This document shows positions 32,903 to 43,717 of a stretch of 60,759 nt of DNA, piece by piece. The DNA comes from an uncultured virus (IMG/VR IMGVR_UViG_3300024999_000047) (lineage: Duplodnaviria > Heunggongvirae > Uroviricota > Caudoviricetes): IMG/VR virus record IMGVR_UViG_3300024999_000047, one strand, 5' to 3'. Both the position numbers and the translations under genes were made by a program. How positions within the stretch are numbered: position 1 is the first letter of the stretch; every line of letters starts with the position of its first letter. The notes below the pieces were generated by a model. It was not told the origin of the DNA, searched no databases, and saw only the letters and a list, made by a program, of their open reading frames with translations.

Positions 32903-33946
32903 TTAAGACACATTGCATAATTTAGCATATAAATATTTATTATATTCTTCTTCGTATATATTGCTAAAATCAATTACTTCATAACAATTGTCGTTCGTAG
33001 GAATACTATTTACAGTTACATAACAATATTTTATTACATATGACGAATAGAATTTATTATATATTTTATCTTTAGTACAATTAATTTTATCTAAAACAAA
33101 TTTTAATCTAATATTTTTATATTGTATTTTTTCATTTTCTTTTTTTTCTAGTACACATGAAAATATGTAATTATCATCATCTATCTTTTTTATATTTGTT
33201 TTATTATTAAATAATATTTTATATTGTTTAATAACACCATGTTTTAATAATTCTTTTCTTTTTTGTTCTTCTTCTTCCTGTTTTTCTTTTTTAAGTTTTG
33301 CTCTTTCTTTTTTTCTTTCTTCTTTTAATCGTTCTTTTTCTTTATATCTTTCATATTCTTCTAATTTTTGTTTTCTTTCGTTTTCTTGTTTTTGTTTTTC
33401 AATTTTTTTAATTTCTTCATCTTCTCCTAGATAAAACCATTCTAATTTTGTATTAATATTTTTATCTACTAATACTTCATAAACTCTTAATAAATTTAAT
33501 TCATCATAATATTGTTTCAATTTATCCCAATCTTTATGATTTTTATAATTTATTTCTACAACCACATCACCTTTTTCTGTAACCAATAATACGTCAACAA
33601 TAATTTCTATATCCCAGTTTTTTAAATATCTTTTATTAAGAGAAACTTCATTTAATACATCTAGTATTTCTATATTATTGGGTTCACTCATTTTATTAGC
33701 TATATTTATAAACATTCCAGCTTTAAATAAATTTTCTTTCCAGTGCTTATGAAATATAGATTCTCCTGTTCCACCACAATTTTCAGTATTTTTATGTGCC
33801 AAATGTTTTATTTTTATATTCCCATCTTTACAAATTAACTCTGCACCACAGTCTATACAAAAATATTTTTTACCCTTAATTGTTTTTGAATAATGTATAG
33901 CATTTTTATTTTCATCATAACAATATATAATTTTTACTTCTTTCAT
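32903..33946 (-). CDS. CoiA-like nuclease/zinc-finger protein
   Basis: YFCIDCG.EL..K.G....HLAH..C..ESIFH..K; VDV...VVEI. Confidence 0.65.
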   Translation of the reverse strand: MKEVKIIYCYDENKNAIHYSKTIKGKKYFCIDCGAELICKDGNIKIKHLAHKNTENCGGTGESIFHKHWKENLFKAGMFINIANKMSEPNNIEILDVLNEVSLNKRYLKNWDIEIIVDVLLVTEKGDVVVEINYKNHKDWDKLKQYYDELNLLRVYEVLVDKNINTKLEWFYLGEDEEIKKIEKQKQENERKQKLEEYERYKEKERLKEERKKERAKLKKEKQEEEEQKRKELLKHGVIKQYKILFNNKTNIKKIDDDNYIFSCVLEKKENEKIQYKNIRLKFVLDKINCTKDKIYNKFYSSYVIKYCYVTVNSIPTNDNCYEVIDFSNIYEEEYNKYLYAKLCNVS

Positions 33947-34604
33947 TTATACAACCTCACATTTATATTAATAATTTTAAAACTAAATTAAATTTTAATT
34001 ATGATTATAAGGACATTTATTTAATTTACATCCCATAATATCATGAGATAAACAAGTTTCATATATAAAAGGATATTCAGAATGATATTTTTTCAAATCA
34101 TTTAACACTGTTTCATTACACTTTGAATAAACTTTTATTCCACAATCAGAACAGTAGTATCCTGCATTACCATTTCCTTCTCCTTCTAAATTATACTTAG
34201 TAAATTCATGACAATTTAAACAATAATAATCATCCATATATTATTTCTCCTTTTATTTATATACCTAATACTCATCCTCTTCATATGTACCAATAATATG
34301 TAATTCTTTATGTCTTTTATTATATGTTAATTCTTCAATTTTACCATAGATTCCTGCATCATTATTTGTACATTCTAAATAAATTATAATAGGTGTATCA
34401 AGAGAAGAATTGTCTTTTTGTAATATATTTATTAATTCTCCTTTAGTCATAATCTTTTACTCCTTTCATTTTATTTAATTTCTGTATATGTATATTTTAA
34501 ACTGCCTTTGGTTATTTTACTATTAGAGAAGTTGATGAGATCAAGATAATAATCCGTCGGAAGATAATTATGTAATAATGTCAACTTCTCTTTTTTATCA
34601 TAAT

Positions 34605-34982
34605 TTAAAATTCTCTCCACTCAATCCCTTTACTTTCTAAATACTTAGCAATCAAATATCTATGACAATGTTTATAATCTTTTTCATAGCATATTAAAGC
34701 ATAATCATTACCTTGTGATAACTTTAAATATAACTTATCTAAATATATTGCCATAATATGATCTCTTTCCATTTGACGATTGAATCTTTCTACATATTTA
34801 TCCCAATCATTGTCTTTTTTATAATCTAATAATATTTCTGCATAAGGTGCTAATTCCTTAACAATAAATGTATTATGATATTTATTTACATCAAATGATT
34901 TAGGTGGAAAACGTGTGATAACTAATTTGATGATGTTGTCAGGTAGTTTATTCATTTTTGATAGATATGTTGTATATAACAT
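34605..34982 (-). CDS. DUF488-like protein
   Basis: ELAP..LL..YK...W..Y...F, LICYE....CHR. Confidence 0.8.
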   Translation of the reverse strand: MLYTTYLSKMNKLPDNIIKLVITRFPPKSFDVNKYHNTFIVKELAPYAEILLDYKKDNDWDKYVERFNRQMERDHIMAIYLDKLYLKLSQGNDYALICYEKDYKHCHRYLIAKYLESKGIEWREF

Positions 34983-34998
34983 TTATTTTATTTCTCCT

Positions 34999-35373
34999 TT
35001 ACTTAAATCTCTTCTTCATTTCCATACCTACTAATTCACCTACAATATCTTTTAATCCATTCTTAATCTCTGTGTCAGATTTAATATCAAATTGTTCCTT
35101 GACTTCTTTGTATTGTTTTGTCTCTACATACTTCTTACTCAAATCATCCACTAAACTATTTTTAACTTCTTCTTTAAAATCTGTATCCATAACATCTAAT
35201 AACATATCTTTAACTTCATTTATTAATTTATCTCTAAATGTTTTACCTGATTTTTCATATCTATTGTTTAAAACTTCGTTAATCATTTACCTTGCTGCTG
35301 ATTCAACTATTTTATCTTCTATAGTTAAAGGACTATCATAATCAGATAATTCTACTGTGAAAGTTAGTTTCAT
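34999..35373 (-). pseudogene. hypothetical gene with in-frame TAA at 35287-35289
   Basis: SD-preceded ATG at 35373 reads MKLTFTVELSDY..ESAAR*MINEVL in one frame. Confidence 0.55.
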
Positions 35374-36356
35374 TGATAATTATTCTCCTTTATCATTTTT
35401 AATTGTCTTTTAAATATTTAACTAAAAATATGTCAGATTCTTTCGTTTCATCTTCTAAATCTTCAACTCGCATATCAAAAATACTTACAAATCCATTCAT
35501 ATTATTATATGAATCTTGAAAATAAAATTCCATATATAAATTTTGATTTTTATCTAAATGGTATCTTTCTTTTAAATCTTCTTTTTTAGTTATGTAGTTT
35601 ATATGTTCTTCTTCTAAATGGCCATACATATCTAATATTTCATAAAAACCATCTAAATCTTTTAGTTCGTTTACAAAACTACTATACATAATTTCAATTA
35701 TATTTTCTACGTTAAATTCTTTATATTTTATAATTTCATTTACTTGTTCTCTGGTTAGTGGAATTGTATTTTTAAATACAAAATATCTACCAGCAGATTC
35801 ATATAAAGTTTCACCTCTAACATAAACTTCTATCACTGGCATATATTCATTAGATTTTATTAATAAATTATTAACAAATATATATCCTTCTTGTTTTGCT
35901 TTGTTGATAATTTCTTGTTTTTCAGATTCTATTTTTTCTATTTCTTTTATGTAATCCATATTTATTCTCCTTCCTCTCTTGCCAACATACCTTCGTACTT
36001 TGTTAAAATACTATTTAATTCATTACTCAAATAAATTTTATTATACCATTCTGATTTTTCTAATATATTTTCTACTTTTTCTATTAATGAATCAACATCA
36101 AGAATTGCATCTGCATAATTAGAGTTTTCTTCATTGCCATATTTACCATTTGAAGTTTCTCTTAATGGACAATCAGGATGTTTCCAATAATTATCGTAAT
36201 ATTCTTTTTCATCTATATCGTATTTTTGAGTATTCAATGGTACAGTATGATTCCATTCTACTAAACTACAAACCCAATTATTTTTACTTCTTAATTCACA
36301 TTCTTGACAAGATAATGGGAGATTATTTATTTTTGATTTATCAAAGTATATCAATT

Positions 36357-36764
36357 TTATTCTCCTTCTTCTTTCTTCTGTTTTCTCTGACTATTTTTAA
36401 TCTTCTCTATCTCTAATGCAATTTTACCATCATTTTTTTCTTCGCTTTTCTTATTTTCTTTATTTTTAATCTTATCACACCATTTTAATACTCCACAACA
36501 TCCAACATAAGTTATTGTCTTACCTTTATCTATTATTTCTTTACAAGTATATCTAGGATATTCCATATACATTTTACTTCCATCTTCATAATGATATTCT
36601 TTTTTAACAATTTCTCTAATTAGATTAGGACAATTATTTTTATTTGTTGAGACAGATTCTTCATTGATATCATCATTATCGTCATCTATGTATTGATTTT
36701 CTAATTCTATTTCTTCATCGTCTTTATGTTTATTTTCTAATTGAGTATTTTTAGGTTTGCGTAT
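36357..36764 (-). CDS. hypothetical protein, probable ATA start
   Basis: 64-codon in-frame extension of ORF 36357..36572 to an ATA preceded by GAAGGA. Confidence 0.5.
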   Translation of the reverse strand: MRKPKNTQLENKHKDDEEIELENQYIDDDNDDINEESVSTNKNNCPNLIREIVKKEYHYEDGSKMYMEYPRYTCKEIIDKGKTITYVGCCGVLKWCDKIKNKENKKSEEKNDGKIALEIEKIKNSQRKQKKEEGE

Positions 36765-36878
36765 GATTTATTCCTTCTTTCTATATTGTTTATATGTTTA
36801 TGTTTTAATTTATATTTACTTTCTATATATGTAGTATACAATTATTTTTATGTTCTGTCAAGATAAATTTTACCTAAT

Positions 36879-37058
36879 ATTGTGACCAAATTCAGATTTT
36901 ATCATGATATCTATATTGATAGTTTAAATTTTGGTAAATTAGTGCTTGTAAAGTATTGAATTATAAGGGTTTACAAGCACTAATTATGGAAATATTGAAA
37001 AATCTATATTTTTAGGTATTTTTGCCATGTTTGAATGAAACAGGCATTTTATCATGTT
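36879..37058. repeat. 180-bp twin-core element 1 (core - palindrome - core)
   Basis: ATTGTGACCAA attcagat TTTATCATGAT; 23-bp palindrome at 36950-36972; GTTTGAATGAA acaggcat TTTATCATGTT. Confidence 0.7.
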
Positions 37059-37064
37059 TTTATT

Positions 37065-37819
37065 TTATGTATTTTTGTTAATTAATTGATTAATTCTTTC
37101 ATTTGCGATGTTAAAATATTTTTCTTCTTTTTCAATTCCTATATATTGTCTATTTGTGTTAATACAAGCAATGGCAGTAGTACCAGAACCAATACAATTG
37201 TCTAAAACTATGTCATTTTCATTGCTATATGTTTTAATTAGATATTCAAATAATTCTACAGATTTTTGAGTAGGATGAATAGTTAAACTAGGATGCATTT
37301 TTTTAATGTAATTATAGAAGTAGGAAATTTCATATCTCCATGTTCATTAGATTTATCAATCATATTTGCTTTACTATAATTACTTCCACTAATATCATCT
37401 CTTATTTTATCACCTTTTGAATGACTTTTCTTTTCTCCTTTGAATTTTTGTGGATTGTATGTAGGTTGTTTCTTATAAAATACTAATACATCTTCATGTT
37501 TTCTTAACGGCATTCTATTAGCATTTAAAAATCCAGTAGTCATAATTTTATCCCAAATTAAATTATATTTCCACATTTTTCTATTGCTTATCATTAAATC
37601 TGCTGTAAACATTCCATTAGCAAATAGACAAATCACCCCATTATCTTTTACTATTTTTTCATAATGCATCCATAATTCATTAAATGGTATTACTGTATCC
37701 CATTTATTTCTTGCAGTTTGACCATAAGGTAAATCACATAAAATCATATCTATACTTTTATCATCAATATCCTTCATTAATTCTAAGCAATCACCTAAAT
37801 ATATTTTGTTTAATTCTAT
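37065..37819 (-). CDS. beta-class N4/N6 DNA methyltransferase split by a -1 frameshift at an A7 run (ATA start)
   Basis: NKIYLGDCLE, ILCDLPYG, HE in the 5' ORF; HPTQKS and VLDNCIGSGTTAIA in the 3' ORF; junction TTA AAA AAA TGC. Confidence 0.85.
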
Positions 37820-38710
37820 ATTTAATTCCTCCTAATTATTATATTTTTAATATAAATAATATTTTCAATAAAAATTAATTATCTAATACCAAATATTACA
37901 GAAATAATAATAAATAAAATACTTCCAATTAAACAAGATATATAAAGTTTTTCTATATATCCTACTTTCTCATTAGAATTAGAACTTTTGTTATTACTTT
38001 TCCTATTACGGGAATTATTTACATAATCAATCCATTCTTTATCATTATTATTATATTCATAATGATTTCTACCATCATGCCATCCATATACACGGTTTGA
38101 CACATTCATAAGGAATTCCCAATCTTCTGAATTCATATGTTTTTCTCCTTTTTAAAATTTACTAATATATTATATTGTTATTATATTCAATAATTATTTA
38201 AAATCTATTTTATTATAAAGTTTATTAACATAAATAATAAAATTATCTAGTGATGCAATATTTTCAAATAAAAACTTTTCACCAAAACCACCAATTACAG
38301 GATTTCCTTTATCATTGCATACTCTTATCCTTACACCTTCTGAATAAAAAATTACTGTAGTAATTATAATATCAGACATAATATAATCTGAATTTTTATA
38401 CCTATATGATTTAATAAATGTTTTATCTTTATATTCAAAACCATGATGTAATAAATACTCGTCAATTTCTTTAGATATAACATAGTTTGATCTTTCTATA
38501 GGATTCATTATATTAAACATTCCTGACATATAAATCATTATCTCCTTTAAATTATTATTTTTATTTTTATATTTTAATTATTTATTTAAATGAACATATT
38601 CCATATTATTATAATAACAATAAATACTAATGATGCAAAAATACATCCTGTAAAAAAATATTCAGTGTTTTCTTTTGATGATTCATTACTACTCCATTTA
38701 CTCAAAAATC

Positions 38711-39142
38711 TCACTTCCTTAATATTATGTTATAAATATCTTCTGGAAAATACTCGCCTTTATTTATACCTTTATTATTAGATAAACCAATAACTCTTGC
38801 AACAAATTCATCACAACATGTACCAGAAAAAATATTATCATATATTTTCCATGTATTTATATTTTTTATTGGTATGTATATGGGGTTTAATTCTGATAAT
38901 CTTTTAATTCTTTTATTGGCATTTTGTATGATTGTATTTTCATAATTAAAACATTCATAAAAAGTGTCTTCAACATATACCCCTACATGTTGAAATTCAC
39001 CTTTTAAATATGGCGTTCTGTCTTCTTCTCTTTGTAAAGGAATAAAAAATATATATCCATTTTTATATCTTTGTTTAGTATATTTTTTAATATTGAACTC
39101 TAATAATTTTATTTGTTTACTTATATCCAAACATTCTAACAT
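38711..39142 (-). CDS. possible permuted papain-like (NlpC/P60) protein
   Basis: HVGVYV followed by C.EFVARV, His before Cys. Confidence 0.45.
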   Translation of the reverse strand: MLECLDISKQIKLLEFNIKKYTKQRYKNGYIFFIPLQREEDRTPYLKGEFQHVGVYVEDTFYECFNYENTIIQNANKRIKRLSELNPIYIPIKNINTWKIYDNIFSGTCCDEFVARVIGLSNNKGINKGEYFPEDIYNIILRK

Positions 39143-39452
39143 TTGATAATATTATCTTCCTTTCTTTAATATTTTATTTGACAATCATAATTTTTATTAA
39201 ATTAATACTTCAACAAACTCATCATTTTTATCTTTATAAATTTTAGATACTAAAATATTTTTTATAGTAAATCCTATTTCTTCTCCATTATTTATTATTT
39301 CTTCTGCTTGTTTACATTTTAATTCATCTATAGCAAATACATTACCATTATCATTAAATAATAAAATACCTTTAATATAAGAAATAAAATGTTCTCTATC
39401 TACAATTAACATGTAATCCTCCTTTTATAAATATATTTATAATTTCTATAAA

Positions 39453-39542
39453 ATCATGATAAAACCAAAATTTGGTGTCGATTTTTAATAAATTTTATCT
39501 ATATATGGTATGTATTTAGTTGAATAACTACTATATGTAGTA
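39453..39542. repeat. core site plus paired TACTATATATAGTA-type boxes
   Basis: ATCATGATAAA accaaaat TTGGTGTCGAT; boxes at 39497 and 39529 (32 bp apart). Confidence 0.7.
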
Positions 39543-39550
39543 TATAGTTA

Positions 39551-40381
39551 TCAATTTATTTCTGGTATTTGCTCTTTTATGTATTTGTAAATATGCCATA
39601 AACTAATATGTGGAGTACCAATCATTGGATATACTTCAGTCCAATTTGTATTTATTAATAATTTCATTATATTATTTTTATATTTGTCGTTTTTTATTTT
39701 AATACACATTTCTGTTGAATACTGCCCCTCATAATCACATAGTTTACCTATAGAAGAACCCCATGCACATATTCTTATATCATAATCAAAAATATCTTTA
39801 GTTAAAAAATGTGTTTTTGGTGGATTCGCTTTTCTATGAGAAGTTTTAATTTCAACATCTTTAAGTTTATAATTTGGTTTTTTATTTAAATTATTTTTAG
39901 GTCTTTTATAAATGTTAAAACAACAATAAATCTTTTTACTTGAATATTCTTTTATATTTAAATCTTTACTATATATTAAATCAAAATCAAATAATTTAAT
40001 TTTATTATTTAATTGACTTACAGGGAGAATAAATGATATATAATCACTTAATTTTATGGATTTCTTATAAAATTGCTCTGCTAATTTCATCATATTTCCA
40101 TATGGTGGATTACCAATCACGCATCTACCTTTTTTATATTCTAGATCTAAACTAAGGAAATCTTGTTTTATAATTCTACCTTTATCATCTTCTGGTTCGA
40201 TATCATATGCTGAATATGGTAAATTTAATTCATCTAAATAATCAAGAAATACTCCACTCCCTGCTGATGGTTCAAGATATTCAGTAATATTTTCTTCGCC
40301 TATTATTTCTCTAGTTTTATCTACTATATATTTTGCTAAATCTGGAGGCGTGTAGTATTTGTCTAAATGTATTTTTGCCAA
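39551..40381 (-). CDS. gamma-class N6-adenine DNA methyltransferase
   Basis: KYYTP, LEPSAGSGVF, IGNPPYG. Confidence 0.85.
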   Translation of the reverse strand: MAKIHLDKYYTPPDLAKYIVDKTREIIGEENITEYLEPSAGSGVFLDYLDELNLPYSAYDIEPEDDKGRIIKQDFLSLDLEYKKGRCVIGNPPYGNMMKLAEQFYKKSIKLSDYISFILPVSQLNNKIKLFDFDLIYSKDLNIKEYSSKKIYCCFNIYKRPKNNLNKKPNYKLKDVEIKTSHRKANPPKTHFLTKDIFDYDIRICAWGSSIGKLCDYEGQYSTEMCIKIKNDKYKNNIMKLLINTNWTEVYPMIGTPHISLWHIYKYIKEQIPEIN

Positions 40382-40410
40382 TAATTTTATTCTCCTTTTA
40401 TTATTTTATT

Positions 40411-41019
40411 TTATTTTTTATTTGCTTGATTAACCATTATATTAAAAAAATCTACTTCTTCATCTACATTATTTAATTTTAAATAATCATCCCATGTAAC
40501 TAAACTGCAATAACATCCTGAATCAATAAATCCTAAAATAAACTCTACATTACATCTAGTTTTAGTAGATAAATTCATTTTGTGCCTATTGTTTTTATAA
40601 AACAATTGTGGAGTATCACCAAATTTTCTACTCATTGCTTTCCAATCACAAATCATTTGATTAATATATTTTAATGGCATATCAATTGCATTTTCATTAT
40701 TATCTATCCAATAATTCCAATGATGAAGATTATTTTTATAATGATGTTCCCATGCTTTGTTAAAATTATTTTTACTTTCTAAATAATTCCTACTTACATT
40801 AGACATTCCATTATTTAATTGTTCATAGTTATAATCTTTTTCAAGTTTTACACCATGATACCCATAAAACCATTCTGCATATGGGATAAATTCTGTAGGT
40901 AAAAATTTACTTAAATCATGTGTAAATGCATGTATGTATTGTTTATCTTTCCAACATTCAATAAATACATTTTTTTTGTGTTCTAAGATGTATTTTAGGT
41001 AATTGATGTGTTTCTTCAT
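40411..41019 (-). CDS. HD-superfamily phosphohydrolase (DUF5662-like)
   Basis: HK, HDLSK..E, AW.HH..N.HHW.YW, MICDW. Confidence 0.75.
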   Translation of the reverse strand: MKKHINYLKYILEHKKNVFIECWKDKQYIHAFTHDLSKFLPTEFIPYAEWFYGYHGVKLEKDYNYEQLNNGMSNVSRNYLESKNNFNKAWEHHYKNNLHHWNYWIDNNENAIDMPLKYINQMICDWKAMSRKFGDTPQLFYKNNRHKMNLSTKTRCNVEFILGFIDSGCYCSLVTWDDYLKLNNVDEEVDFFNIMVNQANKK

Positions 41020-41056
41020 ATGGTATATTATTCTCCTTTTAATTTTATTTGTAAAT

Positions 41057-41292
41057 ATTGACATAAAAGCGATGTTTGGTCACGATATTATTTTATATTA
41101 TTAAATTCTCATTTTAAAGTGTCTCTAAACACTTGTATTATAAGGGTTTATAAGCACTTTATTAATAAATAACAATAAGATTACGATATTACGTAATAAT
41201 TCCCATATTGTGATAAAACGAATCTTTCGTTCAAACTTAATTTTACTACCATATATAGTGGTTAATTAGTTTTCTCGCTACTATATATGGTA
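41057..41292. repeat. 180-bp twin-core element 2 (41057-41236) followed by paired TACTATATATAGTA-type boxes
   Basis: ATTGACATAAA agcgatgt TTGGTCACGAT; palindrome 41127-41149; ATTGTGATAAA acgaatct TTCGTTCAAAC; boxes at 41247 and 41279. Confidence 0.7.
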
Positions 41293-41311
41293 TTTTTATC
41301 TGAAATATTTT

Positions 41312-42787
41312 CTATTTTGAAACCCTTTCTCTAATTTCTGATAAACTTTCATCTCTTAAAAGTTTCCCATCAACAAATACATTTTCTAGTAAATCAATAT
41401 CTTTATAATTTTCACGTTGTTCTAATGTTAAATTATCAATATAAATTATATTACCATTTTCTTTATAAACAACAACTAATCCTTTTTGTGATTTCTTAAT
41501 TCCATTATCAGTTACAGGGTCTTTGAATAAGAATTTTTCTTCTTCGTTAATTAATGCATAAGTTGATTTTAAAGCAAATCCAAAGGTATCTCTAGTATTA
41601 TATTGATAAGTGAAACTTCCAATTCCATAAACCATATTAGTAGATGCAAATCCTTTTTTCATCAATTGTTCACAAATTTCTTTACATCTTTCAAGAGTAA
41701 TTGCATCGCCATAAATACAGCCAATATGTGAATCTAATACTTTATAATTTTTATCTGTGATTGTACCACCAAAAATATCCCAAAGTATTTCTATTACACC
41801 TTTTCGTTCATTTTCATTATCAGATTTTAAATCTCCACAAATAATTTTAACTGGATCACCAGAATCAGGACGAATTACAATCTTACCATCCCTATTCATA
41901 ATTTCACTTTTTAATGGTTTAATAACATTATTTAATACTGACCACAAATCCCACGTATCACTTACAATAGATACAAAACCATTTGGATAAACTTCAGTTA
42001 TAATTCTTTTATAAGATTCTAATTCATCTTGTCCGTATGCACACATTACACTATGCTCCGTTGCAGGGATCGATGTTCCTACTAATTCATTTTCAATGTT
42101 TGCATTATAGAATTCTTCAAGATATAAAATTGATGGAATTGTATCTGTCCCTACAAATGAAAGTAAATGTCCTGCACCACTAGATTTAGCAGAATCAAGT
42201 GAATCTTTCCCTCTAAAACTAAAATCATGTCCTTGGAATTGGACAAACGACATATCTCCACCAGTTTTTTCTGCATATTCATCAAGAATTTTTCTATACT
42301 CTTTTGCTAATGTTGCATTTGTAGAAGGTTGCCACAAACAACAACTCATTAAAGTTTCAATATAATTAGTTAACCAGAAGAATTTAGGGCTAGTATTTTC
42401 TACTGTTAACATAGGTACTCTAATAGGAATTAATGTTCCTTCTTTAACTGCCTTAATTTTTAAAGGTAAGTATCCCAATTTATGTAATTCAATAATATGT
42501 GATACATTAGGATTTTGAACACCAAGAGTATATTTAATTACTCTTTTATATTCATTAGCAACATCATCTATATTTCTATTAAAGAAATTCTCATTAAAAT
42601 AATTAATTAAATATTCTTTAATAAATGCTTGAAAACCAAATGCAACTACTTTATCAATTCCTTCTACTCTACTTGTTCTTGGTGTCCAAGTTGAATAAAT
42701 CTTATCCGTATCTTTTGGATATTGTTCTTTATGACTTACTTTATAAAAATCACATAGCAATGTTGCTGGATAGATATATTTACTCAT
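41312..42787 (-). CDS. nicotinamide phosphoribosyltransferase-family enzyme (Namat-like, NARP1)
   Basis: CDFYKVSH..QYP, HDFSFRG, GTDT, PATEHSV, SIVSDTWD, VIRPDSGDP, IYGDAIT, TRDT, KDP.TD. Confidence 0.92.
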   Translation of the reverse strand: MSKYIYPATLLCDFYKVSHKEQYPKDTDKIYSTWTPRTSRVEGIDKVVAFGFQAFIKEYLINYFNENFFNRNIDDVANEYKRVIKYTLGVQNPNVSHIIELHKLGYLPLKIKAVKEGTLIPIRVPMLTVENTSPKFFWLTNYIETLMSCCLWQPSTNATLAKEYRKILDEYAEKTGGDMSFVQFQGHDFSFRGKDSLDSAKSSGAGHLLSFVGTDTIPSILYLEEFYNANIENELVGTSIPATEHSVMCAYGQDELESYKRIITEVYPNGFVSIVSDTWDLWSVLNNVIKPLKSEIMNRDGKIVIRPDSGDPVKIICGDLKSDNENERKGVIEILWDIFGGTITDKNYKVLDSHIGCIYGDAITLERCKEICEQLMKKGFASTNMVYGIGSFTYQYNTRDTFGFALKSTYALINEEEKFLFKDPVTDNGIKKSQKGLVVVYKENGNIIYIDNLTLEQRENYKDIDLLENVFVDGKLLRDESLSEIRERVSK

Positions 42788-42815
42788 ATTAATTATTCTC
42801 CTTTTTATATTAATA

Positions 42816-43685
42816 TTATATTAAATCATTAATTTCATAAATACTGATTCTATTTTCTTGAATCCATTTTTCTCTTAACCATTTAGTTTTATCAGTAAAC
42901 ATACTATTTGTGGTAAATACTTTATTAATTAAATCTGTATTAAATATTTTACCTTCAAATATATTATCTTCGCAATGTCCTATAACAAGATATATTTCTT
43001 TTGCTCCCATTTCTTTTAATCTTTCTGAACCTAAAATAAAAGTACCACCGAAACTCGATAAATCATCCAATATAATTACTTTACAATCTTTGTTTATCAT
43101 ATCTCCAATAACTTGTAAATGTGTTATTGTACCAGTCTTAAAATCTCTTTTCTTAAATCCAATTAATGTATTAAATCCACTATCTATCATTTTACTATAT
43201 CTTTTTTCTGCTCCACCATCTGCAAAATATACATAGTCTTTTTCTTTATTAAAATTAACAATATTTAATACATTATTAAATATTTTAATAGAAGGGAAAT
43301 TAGAAATTGATTTATTTACTAACGCAGAAGTAACATCTGAATGTGGTTCAATTATTTTAATACTTGTAAAATTTAATGAATTAATAAAGTCACTAATATA
43401 TTTTAATGTAAATAGTGCTTCTCCTTCATCTCTATCCATTCTACTATATGGCATATAATAAATTAATAAATCTATTTTAACATTGCTATAATTTATACTA
43501 TCCAAATACTTTTTAACAAACATTAACTTAATTAAATCACTATCATTTTCATACTTAAATTCAACTAAATTATCACACCTAACATTATATGTATCTTCTA
43601 AATGTTTTAATTGATTATTTTTTATTAATGTCTCATTATTTGGTAATGAATCGAACTTAATTTCTTGCCCATTTAATTTAATCAT
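42816..43685 (-). CDS. ribose-phosphate pyrophosphokinase-family enzyme (Adps-like, NARP1)
   Basis: YMPYSRMDR, EPHS, ADGGAEKRY, KKRD..TG, IILDDL..GGTF. Confidence 0.9.
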   Translation of the reverse strand: MIKLNGQEIKFDSLPNNETLIKNNQLKHLEDTYNVRCDNLVEFKYENDSDLIKLMFVKKYLDSINYSNVKIDLLIYYMPYSRMDRDEGEALFTLKYISDFINSLNFTSIKIIEPHSDVTSALVNKSISNFPSIKIFNNVLNIVNFNKEKDYVYFADGGAEKRYSKMIDSGFNTLIGFKKRDFKTGTITHLQVIGDMINKDCKVIILDDLSSFGGTFILGSERLKEMGAKEIYLVIGHCEDNIFEGKIFNTDLINKVFTTNSMFTDKTKWLREKWIQENRISIYEINDLI

Positions 43686-43717
43686 ATAATAAATCTCCTT
43701 TTTTATTTTTTTATTTA

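Noticed and set aside
39174..39203. Additional core-like site TTATTTGACAA tcataatt TTTATTAAATT
   Set aside because: Almost all A/T, poor left arm and no accessory motif; could be chance.
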